Positions 11,751 to 26,630 of a DNA stretch of 64,000 bases are shown here, piece by piece (the stretch's first letter is position 1; each line of letters starts with the position of its first letter). The translations under genes were made by a program, and so were the position numbers. The notes beneath the pieces are model-generated. The model saw only the letters and a list, made by a program, of their open reading frames with translations, was not told the origin of the DNA and did no database searches. Source of the DNA: Eledone cirrhosa (lineage: Eukaryota); the NCBI GenBank assembly GCA_964016885.1, contig OZ024745.1, positions 116,870,001-116,934,000 on the forward strand, given 5' to 3'.

Positions 11751-13929
11751 ATGCCTGTATGTATAAGGCTAGTCTGTAATGATTAATAGATAATATAATT
11801 ATTGTTTTAAATCATCAAAAGGTCAGATGGGCCTTTTGATGAGGATCAGTTAATAAAATTGATAGCAATGAGATAAAATATGTCATCATCATCATCCTCA
11901 TCTTCATTTAACATCCATTTTCCCTGCTAGCAAAGGTTGAATTAGTGATCCCAGACCAAGTCAGTATTTAAATGGGTGCTATTCTCCTCTCAAACAGACC
12001 AAGGACATGCATCTCTCTTAGATACACCCCCACACTCTACAGAGTGCACTGGCACTAATGAGGTTGTTGTATCATAAATAGAGAGCCCTCTTAACCCTTT
12101 TGATATGATTTCTATGCCAAAAGGCCTTTCCTAACTCCAACTCGTTTACAGAGTGTACTGGGTGCATTTAATTCTAGCACCAGCATCTCACTTACATATG
12201 CTTCCACAATTTACAGAGTGTACAGGGTGTGTTTAATCATGGCACCAGCACTAATGAGGTTGTTGGTAATAGACTTAATTGAAGGGCTTGCATCTCACTT
12301 ACATATGCTTCCACAATTTACAGAGTGCAATAGCACAAGAGAGATTGTTGTGTCATTAATGGAGGACCCTCTCAACTCATTTTGGTATGGTTTCTATGCC
12401 AAAAGATCCTTCCTAACACCAACCATTTTACAGAGTGTGCTAGGTGCAAGGGAGGTTGTCAGTCATTGACTTAATTGAAGGACACTCTCTACCCTTGTAA
12501 GATGGGTATATGATAGAAGAGGTAAGAAATGTAATGAGCATGTGATGGGTAAATGACAAGAGGTGGTGGAGAGTTTTATATGATGGGTGTATGACAGGTG
12601 TGTGGGGTTCGAGTGTTAATGTGGGATAGAGAATGGGTGAGAAAGAATATCATGGATGAAAGTAAGACAAAGGGGTGGGTCGTCTTAGCAGAGTAATGGT
12701 GAGAGTAGTCTTTAAAGAGTGAAGATAGGATCAGCTCAGATTTGTATGCTGGTAGGCAAGTCTTCACCAGTATTGCATGTTGTCAATTCTTATTGGCATT
12801 TGTCATCTCTACCATGTGATTCAGCTTCCTATGGTCAGTTTCATTACTTTATCCCATGTCATCCTTGAGTCTCATTCATTAATATCTCTACATTTCATTG
12901 TAGAGATATCTCCCATATGCATCACATGTTCTTACTATTGTTCACTGCTTAAACCCCCACCCCACCTTATACTGAATCTTTCTCTCACATTAACATTGCA
13001 CATCTAGCAGAACATGCATCCTTCATTTCCTTCTAGCTTTTGCAGGTCAGTCAAAGCTCCTGTCTCACTGCCACGTAGCACCATAATGTCTACCCTTCAC
13101 TGAGAAAGCAGCCCTTTATTGTCATCAGAGATAGTAGCTGCCTAAATTTCTTCATTTCCAAATGTTTCTTTTCAGTTCCAAAGTCATCCAATTGTGTCTC
13201 TCAGCTGCAGTAGCGTCACTGCAGCCAGTCAGCTGCACACTGAGCATTTCGGTTTGGCCGGTTAACAGCAGCATTTGCCATCATCGGGTACTGTGCATTT
13301 TTGTGTCATTGAAAAACTGCCATTTCCATAGTTTCTTCACTCACTCGATGGAGAAGGGATGGGGGCATCACCAAGCGATGGTTCATTTCTCATGGTGGGC
13401 CTTGGAAACTGGTCACTGAGTTCTGATCTCGATCAGGTGAATGACAACCTGAGACCAAATCATATGCAAGAAGTAAGTTATAGCTTTTCTAATACTCAAT
13501 CTACAGTGCATTCTCTGCTTGAACAAACTTACCATGGAATGTTGACACTCAGTTGAGCTAAAGCCTAATGTGATGTCTGGTATGTAACAGTATTTGTTAG
13601 TCCTACATTAAACTCATTTACACATCATTAACTATATATCTATCATACTAAACTAGTAGAGATGCTAAAATTATGACTATTTGTTTTACTTTGCTTGAAA
13701 ATGAGTGTTTTATTAGATTGGATTACATTTTATAAGCTCAGATTTTAAACAGAAGATAAAACAATAGTTCTGCTGGAATGATTTAAGTCTCATATTTATT
13801 GTTTACTAGGTAACTGCAATACTTATTACATTAACAATCATCTGTGTTCCCACTTCTCAATTTTGGTACTTTGATATATAATTTCTGCTATTTTAACTCT
13901 AATATTTTACCTTCACAATATAATTCCTA

Positions 13930-14290
13930 TCATTATCATCATCGTTTTAGGTCCATTTTTGCATGGCTTTGATAGGTTCTTCTCAGTACAGCATCTCACA
14001 TTCCTTCATCCTTTCCTCTGTGAGTTTCAGTAATCTGAGGTTAGCTCCCACGATATCTCCCCTGATCCTTTGTTCTCTACTTCTACTTCCTTCCACTGGG
14101 AATTTTTTCACCCAGTGATCATCATCCATGCACACACATATCCATACCAATGGAGTCTTTTCTCCTGCACACCACTTAACATACCTCTTAAACCAAGCTT
14201 CTCCCTCAACTCATCCAAGCTCTGCCTTTCTCTCACATTTACATTGCACATCCAACGAAGTATGATTGTTTCATTTCTTTCCAGGCTTCA
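13930..14290 (-). mobile_element. RTE-like LINE 3' fragment
   Basis: (CAT)n tail. The reverse strand gives a degenerate RWMCNV..RL.WYG.V motif. Confidence 0.65.
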
Positions 14291-15039
14291 TTCATTCAAT
14301 ACAAGATGGTTAGACTTTCCTCCCAATTACATACGGTGTTATCAGTGGCTCTATGTTTGCAACAAAAAATAAGCCAATGAATTAAATTCTGAATTAATTA
14401 CTGAGATGTTAATATAAATATAAGCATTAATTTTGGACATAAAATTGTCAATCAATAGATGACTTGATCGTCATCAGTGTCCTTCGTTCTGTTTTCTCTT
14501 TCAAATTCCTATTTATAATGTACATCATTTACATTAAAATCTTTGCAGTTAATTCATAATAGAATACAAATATTAATTTCGTCTGTCTAATCTCTACACT
14601 TTATCAAAAAGATTAGAACAATTGTTCAATGGTAAATGTTTTGTAAGTAAATTGAACCAGATATTGAAGCGATGCTGTAGACTTAGCTCCCTGTTTATCA
14701 TCATTCCTGCTTTATGGCACTCATCAAATGTAAATACTAGTTTGTTATATAGCTTATAAGACCAACTGATTGGAGAATGTATGTGATTCTGGGGAATCTT
14801 TTTAACTAAATTACTTGAATTGTAATGTAATGTAAAATAGAGTTTCACTTCTTTGCTTTTTTAATCAGATTATTATGTTGCCACAGCCTTGACTACATAT
14901 ATTGTATTGAATTTAATTAATTAGGAAAAGAATAATTGGGAATACACAAGTTTCTACTCTTAGGTTAGCTGAATATCAATTATTTTACGAAATAAAACTG
15001 AGAAAAAATACAATACATAGAGGAAAAGAAAGAAATATA

Positions 15040-15243
15040 CAAATGGTACTGAAAAGTTCCTGGGTTTGGGTAAAAGAATCAGTTAATTATGATTTTATGC
15101 AACATATCCCCCTCTCAGATTTACACACTTATTGCAGTGATCCTTCAGTTTTTCTAAGCACTGTAAAAAGAACTCGGAAAGTTGGGTCTCCAACTAAGCC
15201 TCTTAAATATCCTTAAAGCCAGGAACTTTTCAGAACCACCTCG
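15040..15243. mobile_element. Tc1/mariner-type MITE
   Basis: TA-flanked imperfect TIRs caaatggtactgaaaagttcctgg / ccaggaacttttcagaaccacctcg. Confidence 0.7.
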
Positions 15244-15719
15244 TATGTAAAGCAGGCTTGTTTATGGTCAAATAAGTAGACTGAAAGGGTTCAACTTTAA
15301 GGAGAGCACCCAGTCATAGTACATTGCTTTGAAAAGTATCTTCTAACACATACCAACATGGCAAAGTGGACGTACAAATGACAGAAGTTGGAATTTAAAC
15401 TAAACAAAAGTTATTTTAACTGAAAATCAAAATTAGTCTGAATTCAGCTCATCAGGAAGTTAGTTGTATGAAAAGCTCCATATGAACTGGTATCAATAGA
15501 CTACATGAGGTATTGAAATAGATTATTGTGAATATTATATGGTAAAGTTGAATGTTCTCATGTAAAATAGATTATATATCTTTGAATGTTAAAACACTGG
15601 CATTATAAATAACAGAGAAAAATATATGAATAATAAAGAAACAACAAAAAATATATTATACAAGCATACATATACACATACATACATATATATATATATG
15701 TGTGTGTGTGTGTGTATGT

Positions 15720-15845
15720 GAAAGCGCATGGCTTAGTGGTTAGAGCATTGGGCTTGCAATCAAAAGGTTGTGAGTTCAATTCTCGGACCAGGTGGTGTGT
15801 TGTTTCCTTGAACAAGACACTTTATTTCACATTGCTCCAGTTTAC
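15720..15845 (+). mobile_element. tRNA-derived SINE family B, 5' part
   Basis: A-box tggcttagtggtt, B-box gagttcaattc, then ttccttgaacaagacactttatttcac. Confidence 0.8.
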
Positions 15846-15869
15846 ATCTACCTAGTTGATGTGTAAATT

Positions 15870-17090
15870 CCAATGAGAGAGTCTTGTGTCTATGTTAGAA
15901 ACCGACTCTCTCTCTCTATTGGTAAAAATGGCTACAAACTCGTGTTCGAGCATTGCCATCGCCCGATAAAATGCTCAAAAATGTGAGGCAGGAATGTGGC
16001 TCTTTAAACCAGCCAAAGACTTTCACCCTCTGGCACACACACATGGCAACTATAGGCTCTTCTGGGACTTTCCATTGCTTTGTTCTTGCTGTGTGTTCTC
16101 ATGTGTTTTTTAAGACCTCCCATGCTAGCACATTCTTTGCCATATTCCTTACACCTTTTCGGATTTTAATCTACATGAGATCTACTGATATGACTTAGTT
16201 TATGTCTAATCAAACCAGCTTTGCTGAGGCAGACTCACCACAGTGCTGGCAAACCAGATGATGCTCAACAGCAGGCAGTTCAGAACAGTCTATTTTCCTC
16301 ATCTTCCTCTTCAGTGTTAGGTGTTCTCTTTGACGAATTTCAAAGTGTTCACTACCTGACATAATCAAACGTCATGAGGTCAGTCAGGCGCTGCATGAAG
16401 TTTTCACCACTGCACTTCAAAACTTCTGCACTCAGACTATCCATACCAGGAGGCTTACCTCAGTTCAGCTTATGCACGGCAGAAGTCACCTCTGCAAGAG
16501 AAGATACATGAGCCATCTCATGCTTCACTGGTTCAATAGGAATGGCGCGAATGAAATCATCATCAACCTGGGATGGCTGATTTAAGAGCTCATCACCGTG
16601 ATCTCTTCATCTGTCGAGTATGTCTTTTGGATCGCACAGTAACTGCTTGCCATCTTTTGGTCTCAATGGTGTCACTGGTGAGCTGAAAGGAGCATACACC
16701 TCTCTGAGTAGAGAATGCAGCAGTTTCACATTGTTGCCATCAGATGCCACTTGAACCTCATCTGCTTTGTTGCTCCACCAGGTATTTTTCATGGCCCTGA
16801 GTTTCACCTGCACATCCTTCTTTACTTTTAAGAACTGCATCGACTCCAGTAAAGCCTTGACATCCTGGTCATTCTCATCAAACCAGTGCTTGTGTTTTCT
16901 TGTGACAAAGCCAAGGACATCTGCTGAAGCCTCATAGACTGAGCTCCTGAAGTAATTCCAGTTGTTCGTACAATCAATGTTTTCAAGCCTTCGACACAGC
17001 TCTTTCTTGACACCCTTATCTTTCATACGATCTATATTCAAGCACTTTGGAATTCTGACACCATCTGCTCTTGTTTCAGATTTGATCATG
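15870..17090 (-). mobile_element. RTE (BovB-like) LINE, fragmented
   Basis: ORF 16607-17089 has RKHKHWFDEND..L..KVKKDVQ.KLR.MKN.WW. GKPPGMD-like motif near 16440-16460 and zinc-finger/3' remnants near 15900-16330. Confidence 0.75.
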
Positions 17091-17459
17091 TGCTTTGAAG
17101 GTTTTTTAAGTGGGGAAAGGCTCTACACTCGACCAATCCGACTCACTGAGCATCAAAAACACTACCCAAAAAGGAGAACTGGTCAACATCTTCGGATGCT
17201 TCCGAAGCCACGGGTTTTTTTTCAGAGTTCCCTCTCTTAGAAAGTTGTAGTGACAACAACTGGGGGCCTTTCATTTCCAGGTGAAAAAAAAAGTACCACT
17301 CAGATGGCTGTTGACTCTGCTGAGTTCCTCTGCTCTTTGCTGGGTCTTGTATTTCATCCTGCAAGGTGTCCAAATATCGCCCTCCTCACCAAGCAAGCTT
17401 GGTGGGGTTGCCGGTCTAGTTGCCGACAACCTGGCCATGAGACAAGTTGTACTGGGTTA

Positions 17460-17663
<204 letters not shown>

Positions 17664-18654
17664 TTATCATTTCTTTTAATATTTTCTATGCAATCATTGA
17701 GAGAATGCGAATTTAAAGTTAAAAAAATATGATGAATGGCATAAGAATTCCTTTTCCAATCAATATGTTAGCCACATAAATAAGATTCTGACAATCTTAA
17801 ATATGTTTTGTCTTTTTGTTGTACTTTGTTGTTTTTATGAGGATAGTATAAGATTGGTTCAATGTTATGAAAAGGAATGAAGATATAAATTGATGCTTTT
17901 TTTTCTAAACTAAGTGAAATGGATGTAAATGCAAGTGTAACTAGTGACAAAGAATCAAAACTTCAGTTATGTTAGAGGTATGGTAGTAATTAGTAAAAGA
18001 AGAATTTCTGCTATTTTACTGATGTATACTATTAGTATTAAAAGGGGGGGATGAACTCCTCAGAGTGAATGGCCATATACCACCAACTATGGCTTAACTA
18101 GCCCACAATTGGCTCAAGTATGGTAAATACGGCTTCATTCCGAACATGGTCAAAGCCAAACAGAAAGTGGAGGAGGTCAAACAAGGAAGGGATCATCCAA
18201 GAGGATTGAGAAGGCCCTGGATTGGATTGGAAATAATGTTAAAGTTGACGATAGGTCCAGAATAGAAGATCTAAGAACTGTTGCATTAGCTGGAAAGGAT
18301 TGTGTTCTCATTAAAACGACAGGTCACATGAAATACATCTAATGTTATATATAGTGAGACAGGCACCAGTAATCAACATGCAACTTCTATCAAAGCTGGT
18401 GGGGGAGGGCGTTGCCCAAGCCCTTCTGCAGTGGGTGGTGTACACCAGAGATGCCCGTAGCAATGTATTTGTGTCCACTGCTGGGATTTTTAGTTTTAGG
18501 ATGGTTAGTTTTTTTTTTATTTAATACCTGTATGTATAACTTTTCAATTCCAGTTACTTGTTCCAAGCTGACTTTGATATGCAAAATGGGGGGGGGGGTA
18601 TGAGGGAGCCCCCGCAAAACTGGTATTGTTATGGTTGATAAATATATTTTTTTC

Positions 18655-18872
18655 AAGGCGCGTGGCTGAGTGGTAAGAGAATTGGATTCACAATCATGAG
18701 GTTGTGAGTTCAATTCCTGGACCAGGTGATGTGTTATGTCCTTGAGCAAGACACTTTATTTCACGTTGCTCCTTCTACCTGGAGTTGCGACCAATAGAGA
18801 GTATTAGCAATTAGAAAGACCAATGGAAACATTGTTTCCTCGGTCTGATTTGACGAAAGTTGATTGACTGTC
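18655..18872 (+). mobile_element. tRNA-derived SINE family B, full length
   Basis: ggcgcgtggctgagtggt head, B-box gagttcaattcc, tgtccttgagcaagacac. Near-identical to 35604-35810 and 47280-47490. Confidence 0.85.
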
Positions 18873-19085
18873 GATATAATTATATATCTGTATGCATATA
18901 TATATATATATAAATATATGCATACACACACATTTACACATACATACAAGTTTATATATATATTCATTATCATCATCATCATTACTCTTTTACGCCTTTT
19001 TCCATGTTGGCATTGCTATATATATATATGCACCCCACCCCACATATATATATATATATCACCATCCTATCTGTTTTACCATTTT

Positions 19086-19335
19086 TCCATGCTTAGAGAG
19101 ATCTTTTCCAGCAAAATTTACTTCCACTCATTATCCTCTCTTGTCATGTCCATGCTTGGAGAGATCTTTTCCAGCAAAATTTACTTCCACTCATTATCCT
19201 CTCTTGTCATGTCCATGCTTGGAGAGATCTTTTCCAGCAAAATTTACTTCCACTCATTATCCTCTCTTGTCATGTCCATGCTTGGAGAGATCTTTTCCAG
19301 CAAAATTTACTTCCACTCATTATCCTCTCTTGTCA
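19086..19335. repeat. 63-bp tandem repeat, 4 copies, within an RTE-like 3' end
   Basis: Unit tccatgcttggagagatc...tcctctcttgtcatg starts at 19086, 19149, 19212 and 19275. Confidence 0.95.
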
Positions 19336-20544
19336 TTTCCTCTGTGCAGTTCAGAAATTTGATACCAACTCTCACCATCTCAGATCAGCCCTTCCTTGGC
19401 CTTTCTCTATTGCAATATCCATGCGTCTTCAGAAAAATACATTAATTAACGATAACAATAGTGCCCTTAATAGGATAAAGAAACTGATAATAGATTTTTT
19501 AAATAATTACGGTCTCAAATGTGAAATAGAATAGCCAACTTAGACATAACATTATATGTCATCATTTTCCTTTTGTATTTTTCTGCAACATTGTACCGGC
19601 TTTAAAAGAAATGTATCTGTCTTTTACTACATATCTCACAATGCTTCGTATTAACTACACTAATATATATTGCAGTCCCATGGCAGTAATTTTCTCTTAT
19701 TATCGAGATGACCCCTAAAGATTGGTCTTCTCCTCATGTTAGATTTCTTGGCTAGTTAAGATGTTTGATATTGGTCTTATGCTATGAAACTGCAGCATGG
19801 GTATTTAGAGAGAATATAATTAATTCTTCTGAATTACTGGGATGAGCGTTTGAGGACTCTGCCCCCATTACCCTCTCAAGAAGAAGAAGAAGAAGAATTT
19901 ATTTTGCTAATCTCTCCCATTTATAATATTACAATGCTCTGATTTATTCATTGAGCCACTCCTGTGTCCATATATGGAAGTACTAGTATATAGAGGGGAG
20001 GTAAAGTGGAAGTACTCGTAATATCTTCAACACCTGGTATAAAAATATTCAACAGTTAACACCAGATTTAATTAATTATTCAATGTTGTATATAAATAAT
20101 TAACTGAAAGGGACACGTGAAATGAAGTCCTTGAATCTTGTAATTTATCAATTTTACTACATAGATCATTTATACATGAAAGGCAAAGCCCAAATGACCT
20201 GAGATGCAGTTTGGGCTTTAAATACACAAGTCCAAATGTGTGAGAAAGAGTGAGAACATATTTAGCCGTTTTATTCACAAATCAAATAACTTCATAGAGA
20301 TTGCTTCACTTGCTTATTTTTACCAGAGATCTGAGTATGGTGATCTGTGGCAATGTAACCCACAAAATTAACAACATCATATTACAGAGGTGTTTTAAAA
20401 CCTCATTGGGTTGTAGGACTACCACTGAACAATTTGTATTTAAATAAGTATTCAAGAATGGGTTACACTGAATGTTGTTGTTGTTTTTAATTGCCTCCTC
20501 TCAAAACACAGGTTAGCTTCATATCTACATTGCAAACTACTGAA

Positions 20545-20860
20545 ATCATCATCATCGTTATCATCATTTTACGTCTGCTTTTCCCCTGCTTGCAAGAGTG
20601 GGACGGGTCCTATTCAGCACAGCATCTCTCCACTTGTCATGGTCCTTCATCATCTCCTCCATGAGTTTCAGTGATCTGAGGTCTGCTCTCACCCCCTCCG
20701 CCCATGTTTTCATGGTCTTCCTCTACTGCGTCTTCCTTCTACTAGGATTTCTTGGCACTTCTTTACCCAGCGGTCATCCTCCATGTGCATCACATGTCCA
20801 TACCATCTCAGTCTTCTCTCTTGCACACCACAAATTATCCCTCTTATACCCTGTTTCATT
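20545..20860 (-). mobile_element. RTE-like LINE 3' fragment
   Basis: (CAT)n tail. The reverse strand gives LRWYGHVMHMEDD..GRPxKTW-like motifs. Confidence 0.7.
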
Positions 20861-22171
20861 GCTGTGATACCATTCTGCAAACAACAGAGAATTATTCCAT
20901 TCTGTGATATTTACTTTGGAGTTAGAATTTGTACAGATTGTGAAAGTTAAGCCTTACAATAGACTGTCAAACCATTACATGGATTTTTCTTAATACTGAT
21001 GAAATGGTTTTATAATACATTGTTCCGTTTTCATTAATCTACAAAGAATTGTTTAATCAATTATGTGTACTTTGAAGCAACAGTTAAACACTACAACTTG
21101 CTCATCGATTTTACAAATTTCACTAACAGTCTCTGGGTTTTTCTAATACTGTATATTATGAACTACATCCTTTCAAAAACTATATTTACAAGCCATGATA
21201 CATACTACATCCGATACAATACTAAACAAATATACAGAAAGGTTTTCAACAAAATCAAATATACCTCCTACCAATAAGTAATATGTCAGAAAATCAAGTT
21301 GCTTTGAGATTTTCAAATAAAATCTACATCAATTGACAGAATATGAAGTCATACAATGAAATTATAGAATTCCACCATAATTATTTGTTAAGCTAGACTG
21401 CTAATAATGAATAGTGTGAATTGTAGCAATTTTACTGATACAAATGTAGATGCAGGCAATAAATCTGAGAGGTATATTGTTAACTAAGGTGTAAAGTTTG
21501 GTTAGCTTTATACCAAATCAACAGACTTCAAACAAGAATATTGAAAGAATAACCAGTACTTTTAATTCGATTTATCAAATGCACACACAATAAAACATAC
21601 ACACACACTGCACAGATACATACAAACAAGCATATACAGAATTCAATAGCTCACCTCTAATTTATCAAATATACTTTCATGGACTAATTAGATTATATTT
21701 TCGGCTTCGTATTTTAATATCAACTTTTAATTCAATATCAACTTCACAACAAACTTTTATCATAGCAACCAACACAACAGAAAACTGTTTCTTATTAATT
21801 TAATCATTTAAGATTGCACAAGCTATCAAAAATAAACAGGAAATATGTGTTCTTACATTCTCTACCAATGACACTAGTCAACAACCAAAATGCTTCTGGG
21901 AGCAGAATAGCAATTTCCAACTAATTTTAAGTTGCTGATAATGAATATTGTGGTTAAAACTGATTGTTAGCTCTACTTTTCAACATACAGCTACGTGTCA
22001 CAACAGGTTCCAACAGTCTTATGGTAGTGTGTTTCTTACCACACTCACAGTCCCACTACCCTTCAGTATTGTTCCAGTAGTCATAGAAGGTGGTTGTGCT
22101 GTGCAAGTTCATATATTGAAGTGAAAAGTAGGTGATTTTCCTACTTAAATACTTTTTAAACTTATAATAAA

Positions 22172-23313
22172 CTAGCAGCAGTACCCAGCGTTGCCTGGGT
22201 AGGTAAAATATCTGCTTTGATGAAAAGGTGTTGATCTTAGCGACTGATTCTCGATGACTCATCTATGGCCACACACAGGCCATGCGGGGGAGGGTGGTGA
22301 TGACCTCTATCACTGAGAAACGCGGGTGACTGACGAAGGGGCATGCTGGGGGAGGGAGTTAATGACCTCTAACACTAAGCCAAATTTCCTCACGCTACTT
22401 GATTGGAAACTGATGAATTCTCAAATACACAACTAAAAGCTCAAACGACGTCAGTGGCCATCGTTTTGCCTTTGACCATCAACTGGATAATTGGATGGAA
22501 TCATAGAATCATAAACATCATTTGCAGCAAATGGTGAAAAGTTAAGATGATTTGCTGCGAATGCTGAGAATTTAGAAGAAATTGTATTAAAGATTGAAGT
22601 GGCTGCCACGCCGTCGATAACCAACAAATACGAAATGTGAAGCAATTAGAAGATGTGTAATGGAAGGTTCTATCTGAGGATTGAAGTAGACAGATGCAAT
22701 GTCACAATGGTGAACGCGGTGGCAAATGTGGAAGCTAGAGCCGAAAAGGCCGAAATTTGAGTGAAAAGGTGGTATTTTCGAATATTTAAGCAGCTGCCAC
22801 ACCGTTCCTGAACAAAAATTCCAGAATGTAAATCCACTTTAAGTCGTGAAATAATCAGATCTAGCGTAGTGTAAAATTTGATTAAAGTAGATTGATTTAT
22901 GTGGGGGCTAGAGCCTAAAAAGTGGATATTTGAGTCTAAAAGTGGTATTTTTGAATAATTAAGCGGCTGCCACGCCATCCCTGAACAACAAATTCAAAAT
23001 ATAAAGCCATTACAGGATGTGCAATGATAAATTCTATTTTGCTTTAAATTTTGAACGAAATTGGTGGCAAAATGTGGGAGCTAGAGCCAAAAATCTTATT
23101 TTTCGATACCTAAAAAAAGGTGACCTCCTATCGATTTTTATCTGCAGAATGACCCCGGAATAAAAAAAATCATACGCTGATATATAGAAAACACTCCCCG
23201 ATGACCAATCTATGAGCCTGTAAAGTTCCATGAAAATCGGTCGTAAGATGTAGGCCCCTATAGGTAATACACAGACACACACACACACATACTTAATTTT
23301 ATATATATACAGA
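22172..23313 (-). mobile_element. Non-autonomous Helitron
   Basis: Minus strand starts a|TCtgtatatatataaaatt followed by (tg)n. It ends in the hairpin cccaggcaacgctggg and then CTAG|t. Insertion is between A and T with no TSD. Confidence 0.8.
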
Positions 23314-23399
23314 TATTCATCGAGCAAGCTATTGATATGCATGTGAGGCATTTTATATTGATTTAATTTTCCTACTGAATGTTATAATTTTGATGAAGC

Positions 23400-24222
23400 A
23401 CACTTCTCTAGGCCACATCTCATACCACAAGGGGGAACTTCATGACCTTGTCAGGGATCTACAACTACGTAAGAATAATGCAGAGCTGCTAGGCTCTTGT
23501 TTTAACAGTGGAATCTCCTAGCAGCTGATGTGAAGATTTCAGAACTTTGTGACCATCAGCAGCTGTTCAGCAATTTCTTCATAATAAAAGGTGATTTATT
23601 GTCCTGTAACAATATTAATGGTCTGGTGGAAGCACTTGGTATTGAATATGAACAAAGTTACTGGAGGCTGTTCATAGGTTCATCAAAAACTGGTCTGAAC
23701 TGTGTCTTGGTACATAATGGCAATAGTTAACCATCAGTTCCTGTGGGCAACACATCACATATGAAAGAAACTTATGAGAATATAAAGTATATGTTGCAAT
23801 GTATAAAATATGATGAACATCAATGGCAGCTCTGTGGTGATGTAACGGTTGTTGCTCTTGTGATGGGCTTGCAGGGTGGATACACCACATACTACAGCTT
23901 TCTGTGTGAATGGGATAGTCATGCTGGAGGTTCCCACTATATCAGGAGGGACTAGCCACTTCATCAATCATTGGAGCCTTGGATGAAAAATGTTCAACAT
24001 CCTCCTCTCACTAAACCAAACTAAATATTGCTACCACCACTACACATAAAATTGGGGCTCATGAAAACCTTTGTAAAAGCTATGGACAAATCTGGTCAGG
24101 GATTCAAGTATTTAACATCAAAATTCCCCTCACTGATGCTAAGATAAAAGAGGGAGTCTTCATTGGTCCTCAAATTCGAGAGTTTCTTAAAGATGGTGAC
24201 TTTAAATCAGCCCTTGTTGACA
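23400..24222 (+). pseudogene. Degraded DNA transposase, Chapaev3-like (CMC superfamily)
   Basis: Frame-broken motifs WRLFIGSSK.GL.CVL.HNG, KETYENIK..L..IKY.EHQW.LCGD, GLQGGYT...FLCEWDS, LLPPLHIKLGLMK.FVKA and KIKEG.F.GPQIR. Confidence 0.75.
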
Positions 24223-24230
24223 ACTTAAAA

Positions 24231-24448
24231 CCCTTTAGCATTTAAACCAGCCATATCTGGCCAGAATTCTCTCTCCTCTTTCTGTTCAAACCATCCATAA
24301 CTGGCTGTTCATACTAATGTTGAGGTATTGTTCTCAAAATAAATATCAAAATCTCATAGATTAGATATTATGTGAGATAATTATTTGAAATAAAGCCTTT
24401 ACCTAGAAAATTTAATAGTAAATATAAAGTAATGTAAATGCTAAAGGG
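24231..24448. mobile_element. piggyBac-like MITE
   Basis: TIR ccctttagcattta / taaatgctaaaggg with TTAA(A) flanks. Inverted sibling of 5642-5846. Confidence 0.75.
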
Positions 24449-25044
24449 TTAAATAATTTGACCAACACTGGACTGACTTCAATTACTGAAGACGGTTGTG
24501 GTGGGCTTTTCAGGAATATGTTTAGAGAGTTAAGAAATGTTATTAATGAATATAAGACAATTCAAGGCAGTTTTGAAATTAGGCATGCCATTCAGGTCAC
24601 ATGTGGCTCAGGGGCTGTAGTGTGACCATGACTGAAATAGAATATGCCACGACTAGTATATCTAGAAGGAACAACAATGAAATTAAGGTAATACTTCTTG
24701 ATTAAAAGACTAGCGAAGTTTGAAGAGATTCCCTGTATAAAGACATCACCTGACACTCCTTTCATGTTGGCATAAATGCCAATGACTTGGACAAACCTAT
24801 ACAAACAGTATGAAATGCAAGTAAAATTCCCAATGTTCGGGATAACAAACTGATCATTGGGACCCAGGTTAATACAAGCACCACTGCCTCATTAGAAATG
24901 TTCTACATTCTTTTTTATGGGCCTGGATTTTAAGATAACTATTGGATCAGCCTTGGTACTGTGTACATTTTAGACGCCACTATACATTTAGAAAATGGTC
25001 TATACCATCCATAAAATAAACGAAACATATATATGAACTATAGG

Positions 25045-25370
25045 TGATGAATTGACAGACTCGTTAGAATGTAGGATAGAATGCTTTGTCGTATTCGTTT
25101 TGGCTCTGATTTCAAATCCCGCCGAGATCAGCAATGCCTTTCATCCATTCGAGGTTGATAAAAAAAGTACCAGTCTAGTACTAGAGTCGATTCTTCCTCT
25201 CTATCTCTTTATTACTTCCATTCTCTCACTCTCTGTCTTTCTCAAGAAAAAAATCTTCCATATATAGACCTGGAGAGGAGGTGGGCTCTGCCAGGTTTTA
25301 AAATGCCCTAGAAATGCAGTATGTGAATACAGCACCCTTATGACTCCCCCAGAAGTTACGGGACCATGTA
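25045..25370 (+). mobile_element. SINE family A with extended alternative 3' tail
   Basis: ttcaaatcccgccgag, gcctttcatccattcgaggttgataaa, and a tail ending gttacgggaccatg. Confidence 0.75.
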
Positions 25371-25676
25371 TATCTGTACTACATACATAAATCATCTAAC
25401 CACTCTAGTTCTCTTATAAAGAACTTTGTAAAGAAAATATAGCTCTTGTACACTCCTTTTAATAATACTAGATGAGCTAATGTTACCTAGCAACCATTAT
25501 AACCATAGTATTTTTCCTCTTACTAAAACCAACACTCACCACACCATAAATAATATTGAATATTTCTTTGTGATATGATTAAACTTTCATTCTCTACTGT
25601 CCCCAACTACTTAGAACAGCAATTTAAAACACACACACACACACAAATATACACACACACACATATATATATATAT

Positions 25677-26630
25677 CATCATCAACGTTTAACGTCCGTA
25701 TTCCATGCTTGCATGGGTTTGGACGGGGGTATTCCCACTTGAGGCAAGAGTGATTGTCTTGCTCGCATAGGACTGTCTGGCAGGTTTTCTACAGTTGGAT
25801 GCCCTTCCTAACACCAACCACATTTACAATGTGGGTCTGGGAGGTTTTTACCGTGTTGCCTACACGGCCACATTACAGCGTGGACTGTGTTTTTTTGTCG
25901 TGACACCTACACGATCTCATTTGTTTCGGCCTGGATGGTGTGGCACCAACATAACTTTACATAGAAGGGGGCGGTGTGGATGGGGTGGGGGTGGTGGGAC
26001 GGGGGTGTATTTTGTTAGAGATGCCTACTGACTGTAGTAGGTTTTACTTTGTATTTAGGTAAGGCGGGTCTTCTCTATTACTGAGTACCGCCAAAGGTCT
26101 CGGTCCAGTAACATTGTTTTGGTGAGGTGTAAGTGTGTGAGGTCGGAGTTTATCAGCTCGTCCCAGGTTTTTCTGGGTCTGCCTATTCCGTGGCTACCGT
26201 CTATCTTTATTGCCCTGCACTTTGTTATACAGCTATCGTCCTTCATGCGCATCACGTGACCATACCAACATAGCCTTCTCTCTAGTAAACAACATCTGAT
26301 CCCTCTTATTTCTAATTTTTTCCTTAGTTCGTTTATGCTTTGTCGTTCACGTATATTACTATTACACATCCAGCGGAGCATGCAAGCTTCTTTTCTCTCT
26401 AGTCTGCTTATATCCTCTGCACATAATGCCCAGGTCTCACTGCCATGCAACATTGCTGTTCGTATGCAGGCATCGTACAGCCTGCCTTTCATTTTTAGGG
26501 AGAACCCTTTAGCGGCTAATAGTGGTATAAGCTCTCTGAACTTTTTCCACCCAGTTCTGACTCTAGCTACTGTACTTTCAGAGCACCCTCCCCCACTGCT
26601 GATTTTGTCACCCAGGTAACGGAAGCTGTC

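Noticed and set aside
18864-19445. 193-aa and 156-aa ORFs
   Set aside because: They are made of microsatellites plus the 63-bp tandem repeat, which is open by chance because the unit is a multiple of 3.
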